DNA from: Tubiluchus corallicola
Taxonomy: Eukaryota; Animalia; Priapulida
Length of the DNA stretch: 64,000 bases
NCBI GenBank assembly: GCA_030141605.1
Contig: JAQGDQ010001070.1
Span: forward strand, 1-64,000
Direction: 5' to 3'
Below the pieces are notes generated by a model, which was not told where the DNA came from, did no database searches, and saw only the letters and a list, made by a program, of their open reading frames with translations. Positions 30,232 to 41,700 of this stretch are shown here, one piece after another (position 1 is the stretch's first letter; each line of letters begins with the position of its first letter). A program made the translations under genes and the position numbers.

Positions 30232-32790
30232 TGTTTTACTGTTCTGTAAGTCAGCAGAAAAAAGAATCAGTTCATGGAATAGGCATATCACCACGGTGTA
30301 AATTCGGTTTTTACGATAAAGTAATTTAGTTTTCATCAGCGTGTAATCAGGTTATATTAATCAAACAAGTTGATAATATCATCAGTGATAAAAAACAGTT
30401 ACCTGGTGAGACGACTAAATTAATAAAATTACAGTCAATACAAAATATTACTATTCAGTCCACCATGTCTTAAGACGAATGCATTCAACATGGTCATAAA
30501 TATTCCTGGCTGTGAGTTTTGTGTTCCTCTACGCCTAAAAGATCATTAGAAGTGGGTAGACCGACCTCCCATTTTGCATTCTACATAGCCGCCCATCTCG
30601 GACATTTAAAGTTTCCTAACTTTTTTAAAGCTACGGCCAGGGGCAACGGCCCAGCTAAGAGGAACTGAATCATAACAATAATCGTAAAATTTACTGACGC
30701 TCACTGCCATTGACCAAAGGACACCACATTGCTGTCCTTCCTCGGTGCGGTATTATCCACCCTGTTATTAACAGCCAGACCAGCGACGATAATCGTAATA
30801 CAAAATGTTTAAGGAGGATGAAGAAGATACAAATTTTTTTACCTTAATTACCTCTTATTGCTTGTGATATCTGAGAAAGGCGAGCAATATGACGCAAAGA
30901 TCAAGCAGTAAACGATTCCAAAATGAATTTAAAGTTGCTTTATAGAATCTAGGGGAAATCTTTCGTACGATTAAATAGTTTGCTTTTTTTATTTCTGGCT
31001 CTTTTGTCGGTTGCGTTGTGTTTACTGAACTTTACATCAAACATAGTAATTAAAATTGATTCGTGAATCCTAGTTACAGTGCTATATTATGAAAAATATA
31101 ATAAATAATAGAGTAAGATAAAACTAATATAATATGTACCTTTGCACTTTGCAATCAATTACACAAATAATTCATTGCGAGATGCCTGCTGTTCAAAAGT
31201 AGAATTTTTCAGGCCCGTGGATGTACTAATTTTTCTCTGCAAATTTTGTCAAATATTAAGTAATTATAATCATGGAGCAGGGCAGGGAAGGACCATAGGG
31301 TATATAGACTATGTATACAGACCCCCTTGCTTATAGACATATTAGTATATTAAAAACCAACGGTGATGCTGCAGATAACAAAAAAAACAAATAAATAAAA
31401 ATAGTACAAATGATACAAATTATCAAAAAAGAACAAAAAACAATAAAGTTAAATGCCTAAATCTGAACAAAACAATGCAATTATTCAGTAATTAGGGTTA
31501 TTACATGTAGTAGTAGTAGTATTAAAGTAGTAGTTTCAAATGGGGCCTTATTAACAGGGTAGTTTGACCAAGGTTAGTTAGTAAAATTAAAAACTGAGAG
31601 TATGCAAAAAATAAGCATGAAAAAAGGGTGTCATATAGAAAAATTCACAAGAAAAAGTAAATTTGAGAGAGAGCAACAATTGCTTAGGAGATAAGGAAAA
31701 AACAAAAACTTGCTAGCTTGCTTATTAGTCTTACAATTTGCATACTATATCCAATTAGTAAGATTTTTATGTATCTTGTGGAAGCAGAAAATAAGCAACC
31801 TAAAACCTAAGACTTAGCATGCATTACTTTGTGGCCTTTGCCAGCTCAGAGGCCCCTATAATCTACGCCATCTGCAACTCCAGGGGCAGCAGGAAATTTG
31901 TTACATCACTGATCGATAATTACTTTGAAAGTGATTAATACAGAATGACGTCCAAAGATGAGAAAAACATTTTTGGGAAGTGCACAGGTCAAGACTCCCG
32001 TCAGGACCTGTTAGGGTAAAACTCCAACTTTCAATGGTCAGTGATTACCCTTACTATTTTCACACGTGGTCTGTGTGATCTGATCATACATTTTTAACTG
32101 ATCATACCGCTATAGTTAAGTTGCTACGATTAGTCGCTGAGCTCGTGCGATTTACTTCCGCCGGTCAGCTGTCGAAGATCTGTCGTCTTGCGTAAAAGTT
32201 GTAGATTAAAATCTGTGTCTTACTGTGCCCAGATAATTACGCAGGATAAGTGATATGTACTAATAAACAGTTTACTTCTTGCATGCTAAAGTCGATACGT
32301 ATAGGTCTTCGTTAACCGCGGTCACTTTAATTTTGATAATTTAGTTGGTAGTTTGCGTTTGTGTATATCTTAATTAATAAATATGTTTTAATTTTATAAA
32401 TATATATTAATAATAATAATTAATAAATACAAATATGTTTTAGTAGTATTCTGGTTATTAACTATCACATATTGGTATATATGAACACATACTTTTGGTG
32501 TGTAATTATGAATGCACAACTGAACTTTATGTCAAACTAATTATAATCTTGAGACTATAAATGTATGCATTATACCTTGCACTTTCTACTACATATCAAA
32601 TTTCTGCGTATGTTAATGTAACTATGCTGAGCTTTTTAAATTGTGCTGTGAATTAACAAATAATGTTAATTGGACAGAAAATAGCTTTCACTCGCTTTGT
32701 TATTTGAACTGAGTTTTGAGTATTTATATGCTTGCCGATTTTCTTTCGTTTAGATTACATAAGCTGGAAACCTGCAATCTACTATGGGAA

Positions 32791-35700
32791 ATGTCTTATA
32801 GTTTGTGGTATAAGGACTGGGTGTCGTGCATTTGTGACGTCATGGAACATTTAGCTACCATTGCTGAGCTTGATACAAACTATTTGTCGTGGCTGGTCTG
32901 GCTGTTTACACCAGTTATTGTGGCTTTCCTGCTACCTGCTCTGCTGGTTATACTGCTTTATGCTTCGGCATTGTTCCTGAATATTTACAAGTGAGCTGGT
33001 TACTGATGTCTTACTAGTGTTGCCGTTCATACGATAATTATCGGAATGTTTGATACTTTGAGGCGTCATATGTTCCAAAAGGAGACTGTTAAATAATTAT
33101 GCGATAATTTAATAATAAGGAACAAAAACAAAAAATTGTCTTTGAAAACATCCAGAATGTTACTGGCCAGTGAGAAATGAATTAACTTTGATTTCGTTGT
33201 AGTTTGAAGCATGCTAGTCGTAGGTCCATGAAAAAAACATGCTTAAAAATTCTCATGATGATGATGATAATAATTTTTATTTAAAATCGGGTTTTGGGTC
33301 AACAATTAACATTATCTCTAAGAGCTATTATCGCCGACTGTAAATAACAACCTACAACTGCATAACAGAGACTATTATTACCCCACTTTTACCCTGAATA
33401 CCACGCGTCAGGCAGGGCAACAGCAGGTACCATTTTTAAAGTCTTTGGTATGACCCCGGCCGCTGGTTTCGAACTCACTACCTCCCCGACGGAAAGCAGA
33501 CGCATTACCACTAGACTAAGCCGTCTGGTCTGAAATGCTCATGATGATGATAAGAATTGATTCTGCACAGGCAGAAATTAATGACATTTCACTATGTTAT
33601 CATAAATTTGATTTAACACTTGTTAATGCTACGTTTTTGTGTTATAGTTACTTATTAAGTACATAATTATACAATAATTTGCTGCAACAATTTTGGGTTT
33701 CAGACAATTTGGCGAAAAATATGATAATTTGGTGGAAAATATGACGATTTGGCGAAAAATATGATAATTTGGTGGAAAATATGATAATTTGGTGGAAAAT
33801 ATGACAATTTGGTGGAAAATATAACAATTTGGCGGAAAATATGACAATTTGGTGGAAAATATGACAATTTGGTGGAAAATATGACAATTTGGCGAAAAAT
33901 ATAACAATTTGGTGGAAAATATGATAATTTTTAGCCTCCAGTATGATGAACATCATACAAAATGGCAATCCTGTATCTTATCATGTACTGCTTGTCACGT
34001 CAATTTAAAATTTCAGAGTTTGGAATTTTTGGAAACTAAACAAGTTAAAAGAAAGATTTAAAAAATAAAATTGATGCTCGGTGAAAAGTTTATCAGGATC
34101 ATATTGGTTCTTGTTCGTATATGTGCATCGTCGTCGTCATCATCATTAAAATAGTTTTTATTTTTGTGCTTCTCAGGCACAGGCATCGGCTTCATGAAGC
34201 GTATTCTACAGACATGTGGGAAGGAGCCCGACTTTTCCTGTGCAGCCTGTGGGAAACGCATGGCTGGATATGGCATGGTAAGCTGACTTATGCTTACGTT
34301 ATCATGTATGCTTTAGAAATTTACAAAGTTTGTGCTTTAGAAATTTACAAAGTTTGTGCTTTAGAAATTTACAAAGTTTATGCTTTAGAAATTTACAAAG
34401 TTTATGCTTTACAAATTTACAAAGTTTATGCTTTACAAATTTACAAAGTTTGTGCTTTACAAATTTACAAAGTTTATCTTTTACAAATTTACAAAGTTTA
34501 TCCTTTAGCAATTTACAAAGTTTGTGCTTGACAAATTTACATAGTTAAGGAATACACTAGGTAATATTTACAGTTTGTGTAACAATTGCACAGAAGTACA
34601 TTTGGCAGACTGACTACCTTTGCTGTGCTTGAGTTTCAAGGTCCTCTGATTTGTGAAACTTCTCAGTTTCAATGAACTGCATTCTTGCTTGAAGAACTGT
34701 ATGCTTGGGAAGAAATTGCAACGTCAATGTTTCATACGGCAGTTCGTCAACATTTGGCTTGATAAATTAGATTAGATTAGATACTTATTGATATTTGTCA
34801 AGTTTACATGAAAGTTACAATGAGTCTGGTGCAAAACAATTTGTCCATAAAAACAACTTATTCCAAGTAACATCTCTTCCTAAACAAAAATACAAATTAC
34901 AACAACAACAAATACAAACAACAAGAAAATTAGTTGACCCAAACCATTAGGTGGTTATCAAACAAAATTACATTTCATATCCCTTGGTATTATTTTAATG
35001 CACACAGCTTTTCGTGATCTTCCACATTCATTAATTCATATATATTAGCAAAGTTAGTGTTGTGTTTTGTTTCTCTCGGAAGGCTCGTAGAGAAAACCAG
35101 AAAACATTTCGCCAAATTAAACTAGTTTATTATACGAGAATTCTACAACACAAAAGTATGAAGGAACGCGAAATGTTTACAGTAAACATGATAATCTGGA
35201 AAAGTTATGGTGTATCTGAGAATACGAGGATACAGGAGATTGTGAGAGAATAAACTTCAGCGGCCAGCTCCGCCTTAGATATCAGTGCCAGTTCTAAACT
35301 TGTAGAAACTTCTACAAGGTAAGACGATTGTTCTACTAAACAATGGAACATTCCACAATATTCTATTTAATTCTAGTGGATGTCAGTGATCTCCGCAACA
35401 GTTAGAAACTCGGTTCTCAAATGATTCGTTCTATGAGATTTTAACAAACTTTGCTCCCCTCATCTTGGATTTGGCCCATAGATACATTACAGCTGCAACT
35501 CAACGGATAGTAAAGCATCTCTTTGTGTGCACTCATTTTCTACCACATGTGCCAAAAAATATGTTTTAATGTGGTTAAATATTAACATGCCGTGTGCATT
35601 TCAGACTGTCAACAATTGTACCGAGTATTCATATTTTCATTTAACAGGTTATCAGATCTATGGTCTAGAAAAGATACCAGACACGGGGCCTGCTGTATTG

Positions 35701-38700
35701 GTGTTTTACCATGGAGCAATACCTGTTGATTTTTACTATATCGTATGTAAGATTATTCTATATAAGAAGCGGCCAGTCAAGATTATTGGAGACAGATTTC
35801 TCTTCAAAGTTCCCGGTAAGTTGGTTACTTCTAACGAAATATAGGTTTTACTAGAATGGATGCCTTTATAATACAAATAAATAAATAAAAGTGATAAAAA
35901 TTATTTTTCCTCAATTTTGTTGTCCAGTTTACACCATTAGAATTTAATTGTGATTATATAAATAATTACAATCAAATCTTGTTAAACAGTCTCGCTTTGT
36001 AATGCTAACTTTGCTTACAGCCAATATTTTTGGCAAAAATAAATGTATGTATTTACAATGACATGTATACACTAATTCACCACGTTTGCTTCAAGTCCCA
36101 AATAAGGCAGATTAAAGAAGTTTCACTGATTGTAATTTGTTCGTGTCGAGTTACAACATCTTCCTGATGCATAATTATTATAAATTTCCTGCTGTAGATG
36201 AAGTCAGAAATACAATATCTTTGCTTTTATTATTTTCCGTGTTTGTTTTTCACGATTCTTGTATTATGAGTTTGCAGTTTTTTTGATACACCCTGTACTT
36301 GTACTTATACATTTTCAGGTTTTAAATTGCTTATGGAAGTTTTCAATGTGATACCTGGATCACAGGAAACTTGTACTAGAGTAAGTACTCAGTATGGGTT
36401 ACTTTTGTATAATAGTAATCATTTATATATTTCATATTTCACTCACATGTCACCAGTTTTTTTACATCATTAAGTATTCTGTAACAAAACTCGAGATTAT
36501 TCCGCCATTTTCAGAATACATGTATGAATGTTTTCCACAAACGTTTTGCGGAGTATTGTGAGTATAGCTACTTAATATACACCATAGTAAGCTTACTTGC
36601 CAAATAAAAGACTCGTATGATAATATATGGCATGGTAAGCTTACTTGCCAAATAAAAGACTTGTATAATAATATATGGCATGGTAAGCTTACTTGCCAAA
36701 TAAAAGACTCGTATAATAATATATGCCTTGGTAAGCTTACTTGCCAAATAAAAGACTCGTATAATAATATATGCCATGGGAAGCTTACTTGCCAAATAAA
36801 AGACTCGTATGATAGTATATGCCATGGTAAGCTTACTTGCAAATAAAACACTCATATGATAATATATGCCACAGTAAGCTTACTTGTCAAATAAAAGACT
36901 CGTATAATAATATATGCCATGGTAAGCTTACTTGCCAAATAAAAGACTCGTATGATAATATATGGCATGGTAAGCTTACTTGCCAAATAAAAGACTTGTA
37001 TAATAATATATGGCATGGTAAGCTTACTTGCCAAATAAAAGACTCGTATAATAATATATGCCTTGGTAAGCTTACTTGCCAAATAAAAGACTCGTATAAT
37101 AATATATGCCATGGGAAGCTTACTTGCCAAATAAAAGACTCGTATGATAGTATATGCCATGGTAAGCTTACTTGCAAATAAAACACTCATATGATAATAT
37201 ATGCCACAGTAAGCTTACTTGTCAAATAAAAGACTCGTATAATAATATATGCCATGGTAAGCTTACTTGCCAAATAAAAGACTCGTATAATAATATATGC
37301 CACAGTAAGCTTACTTGTCAAATAAAAGACTCGTATAATAATATATGCCACAGTAAGCTTACTTGCCAAATAAAAGACTCGTATAATAATATATGCCATG
37401 GTAAGCTTACTTGCCAAATAAAAGACTCGTATAATAATATATGCCATGGTAAGCTTACTTGCCAAATAAAAGACTCGTATAATAATATATGGCATGGTAA
37501 GCTTACTTGCCAAATAAAAGACTCGTATAATAATATATGCCTTGGTAAGCTTACTTGCCAAATAAAAGACTCGTATAATAATATATGCCATGGGAAGCTT
37601 ACTTGCCAAATAAAAGACTCGTATGATAGTATATGCCATGGTAAGCTTACTTGCAAATAAAACACTCATATGATAATATATGCCACAGTAAGCTTACTTG
37701 TCAAATAAAAGACTCGTATAATAATATATGCCACAGTAAGCTTACTTGCCAAATAAAAGACTCGTATAATAATATATGCCATGGTAAGCTTACTTGCCAA
37801 ATAAAAGACTCGTATAATAATATATGCCATGGTAAGCTTACTTGCCAAATAAAAGACTCATATAATAATATATGCCATGGTAAGCTTACTTGCCAAATAA
37901 AAGACTCCTATAATAATATATGTCACGGTAAGCTTGCTTGCAAATAAAAGACTCGTATAGTAACACGAATACTGAACTAAATTTACTGTATTCATGTAAC
38001 ACATCTAAAAACAGGAAAAATACAGATGCCACTAACCCTTGCTGGCTTTACACTGAGCAGTTTATTACAGAATGTATCGATGGTGGTTTAAGCTTGCTTT
38101 GGAGAATTTTCACACGTCTTTTTTATGTCTGACTGGAATTCCATCAGAAAATAAATAATGCTTTTAAAAAACAGTGATAATATCAAGAGTAATGTTTATT
38201 GCAGTTGCTTGCACAGGGAGATTTACTAGGAGTGGCTCCCGGAGGTGTCCGGGAGTCTTTATTTTCCGACGAAAACTACAACCTGCTCTGGGGAAGGAGA
38301 GTTGGATTTGCTAAAGCGGCTTTGAGCAGCAGAGCGGTGAGTTTTACATCAAAGTTATTTCACAGTTTATTTCTGCATTCATTTCAAAGCTTTTCATTTG
38401 TCTAACTTTGTAATGCAATTCAGCTACATGGGTGGCAGAAATTAGACATAATTTACTTTTGTTACTTTTGTAATTTTGCTTTAACTGCCGTCAAATATTA
38501 ACGACACTTTTGATTAAAAATGTTTACAACTAAAATGAAAGAAAAGGAAATTTAAAGTCCATACAAATTTATTTTATTTTGCACTACGCATACTTGTTTG
38601 AAAGACTTATGTAATTAGAAAAGAAAATGTTCATAATTTAAAATATTCTTGCCAGTCTTGCCTATCCATCCCAGTGTGCACCACTGATTCACCGAAAAAC

Positions 38701-41700
38701 ACACTATTGATCTTATTGACAATAAAACGTAATTGATACTTTCCTTAGTTATGGTACTGATAGTACTGATAAGAGTGCGCTACGAATGCTCTGATTATTT
38801 TTTCAAATTGTACGCAATGTTATATAAACTTGTTTCAAATGTTCAAATGTCAAAATGGCTGCACCTAATGCCAAAATAACTTAATGTCAAAATGGCTGCA
38901 CCTAATGCTAAAATAACTTAATGTCAAAATGGCTGCATCTAATGCCAAAATAACTTAATGTCAAAATGGCTGCACCTAATGCCAAAATAACTTAATGTCA
39001 AAATGGCTACACCTAATGCCAAAATAACTTAATGTCAAAATGGCTGCATCTAATGCCAAAATAACTTAATGTCAAAATGGCTGCACCTAATGCTAAAATA
39101 ACTTAATGTCAAAATGGCTACACCTAATGCCAAAATAACTTAATGTCAAAACACTAATGCCAAAATAACTTAATGTCAAAATGGCGCATCTAATGCTAAA
39201 AACTTAATGTCAAAATGGCTACCTAATGTAAAATAACTTAATGTCAAAATGGCTCACCTATGCCAAAATAACTTAATGTAAAATGGCTGCACCTAATGCA
39301 AAATAACTTAATTCAAAATGGCTCACTAATCCAAAATACTTAATGTCAAAATGGCTGCATCTAATGCCAAAATAACTTAATGTCAAAATGGCTACACCTA
39401 ATGCCAAAATAACTTAATGTCAAAATGGCTGCATCTAAAGCCAAAATAACTTATTGTCAAAATGGCTGCACCTAATGCTAAAATAACTTAATGTCAAAAT
39501 GGCTACACCTAATGCCAAAACAACTTAATGTCAAAATGGCTGCATCTAACGGTCATCGCGAGAGTTTCAATTTACAAGTTTTATACAGTGTTACTGCCTA
39601 TGCAAGCACTGTATATAATAAGAGCTTGTAAATGATGTAAAATTTCAAGTCCAACTTTTCAAGTGTTATAAAAGTAACATAATCAATCATTGTCTACTGC
39701 TGCTGATTGATTAATTCCAGGTGTTGTCGTTCATCTTGGGCACCTGTTTTCATTATTTTGACGTCTCAAATGTTGACTTTTTCATTTCAGCCCGTCATTC
39801 CTATCTTCACAATGAACGTCAGAGAAGCATTTCGATTTCCGGCCATAGCTAAAGGTATCATTTTCATTTTTTTCTGTTTGCAGTGAGTGAAACGATAGCG
39901 ATCAACTTTATACCGCGAATTATGACTGTGAACTTTGACTGCATGATTCGTTAATAATTTCAAGTGATTAATTTTTACTTGCCTGCAGATTATAACTTAT
40001 ATTTTCGTTGGCCGCTGGTAGAAAGTTATTCCTTCAACTTTGTCATCAATACTAAATACATTTACTGTTACAGCCAATACCAGTTCACAGTAGCATAGGT
40101 AATAGGGGGGAGCAGGGGGAGCCACTGTCCCCCTCCCCCAGCACATTTTTAAAAGTGCGTTAAAAGGCCTAATAACGATTTTTTTGCATCCGACCTGCAT
40201 ACATCATTACTACTACACTCAAGAAACTGTTTTAGAAGTTATTAAAATTTATATTACAAACCATATATTTCTACTTTCAGGACAGATAGTGGTAATTTCA
40301 TTACAATGCATATTAGTAATGTGTATCACACAGTCTGTGTAGTACAGTGTTATTAAGCTACAACCGTCTTGTAAGGGTTAATGGCATCCGATCTAGTAGC
40401 AAAAACTACCCGCACTATCTTTGGGATCGTGGCACGGACTTCAGCTGGATACACTTAATTAATCACCCGGGCCGCACTTTCATTAGGTTGACAAATCTCT
40501 TCGCGGGCCGCACAAATTCTCTCGGCGGGCCGCAATTTGCACACCCCTGCTTTAGAACGTAGCGACACCCCCGCCCGCATGCTTGAAATTGTGAAACTGA
40601 TGATCTGAATGACCTATGTGCTGCTCACCACCCAGGTGGGTGGGCTATTAGTTGGTTTTTTTCAAAAAGAGATACGTCTTTTCAGGTATCTTGAAAAAGG
40701 GCTACGAAAAATGGAGAATACCGATATTACCGCCTTACGGAAACTTTCCCGTTTTGCTAAAGTAAGTTTTTACTTCATTTCTTACAAATTTCTTTATTTT
40801 TATAATAGGTAATGGTAAAAGCTACTGTAGTTATTTTTTGCGCTACTTTCAAGTCAATAAATAAGTAAAAAAAGACTAAAAGAGCTTTTTTCTTTATTTT
40901 GCTACTAGCTATATGTACAGCTAGAATAAAATTGTTCTAGTTCATTTTATTTTCTTCAACGTTTAACCTTCAATGATAGCTGTTGATTTGTTTGTAGATT
41001 TTGTAAAGGTAGAAAAGAAATTTAAACATAAAATCTCATAAAACAACATAAAAATGTCATTAAAATACTGCGGATACATGCCTTAGTAAATATATGTGGT
41101 AATATATATGTAGTCACGGAAACACTGTCAACAGAGGTTAATACCACTGAATGCTTTATTGTAACATAAACAGTACATAAATGTGCCACATATCCCATAA
41201 AGTGGATTAACCTGACTGTTCAGAGCACAGGTGGGTAAAACAGACAGGTGACTAGCAGGTAACAAAACTGAAAAACTGACCAAAACCAAAAGCTTTACAT
41301 TCCCGCCACAGATGGCGCCTCGCGCACGAATTTCTAAGCAAGATTAACAAATATATATACTTCAATATATATATTAGTAATACACAATATATATACAATA
41401 TATATATATATACATATATACAGTATATATTTTAGTAATAATTTCACTTTTAACAGTAGTACTTTCATAACTCACTTTTATTTAAAGTGGAGTCATTAAT
41501 CGACTGTTAGTTTTTGTATAGTGAAAGAAATCAGTTTTGCAGCTGATCATGTGAATCTTGCTTTGTGTTTACTGGTTTTAATTTGATGAAATGTGGAATT
41601 TGAAATTACATATTTTGCAATCATTAATAATATAGCTAATGTAAATTGTTTACGTTTCAACAACATGTTTTCGCTATTTCCTATTTTATTTTTAGATATT

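Noticed and set aside
28355-30301. Plus-strand ORFs overlapping DDHD1 (and those overlapping TEX9)
   Set aside because: Antisense shadows of long coding exons with no recognisable motifs.
30232-30336. N-terminal 35 aa of the 729-aa ORF
   Set aside because: Mostly intron (polypyrimidine tract and CAG acceptor); MDEDPH is the more plausible start.
33455-33530. Functional tRNA gene (also ~46565-46637 and a remnant at ~41810)
   Set aside because: The tRNA-like head runs into a SINE body and tail and lacks a proper acceptor stem.
36462-37947. Repetitive ORFs (HGKLTCQIKDSYNNIC)n and similar ORFs at 19457, 25067, 33629, 34302, 57572, 63111
   Set aside because: They arise from minisatellite periodicity in introns or intergenic DNA, are open on several frames and strands, and have no splice support.
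39150-39350. Sudden degeneration inside arrays (also ~63590-63860)
   Set aside because: Dominated by single-base deletions amid clean units; more likely long-read consensus error than biology.
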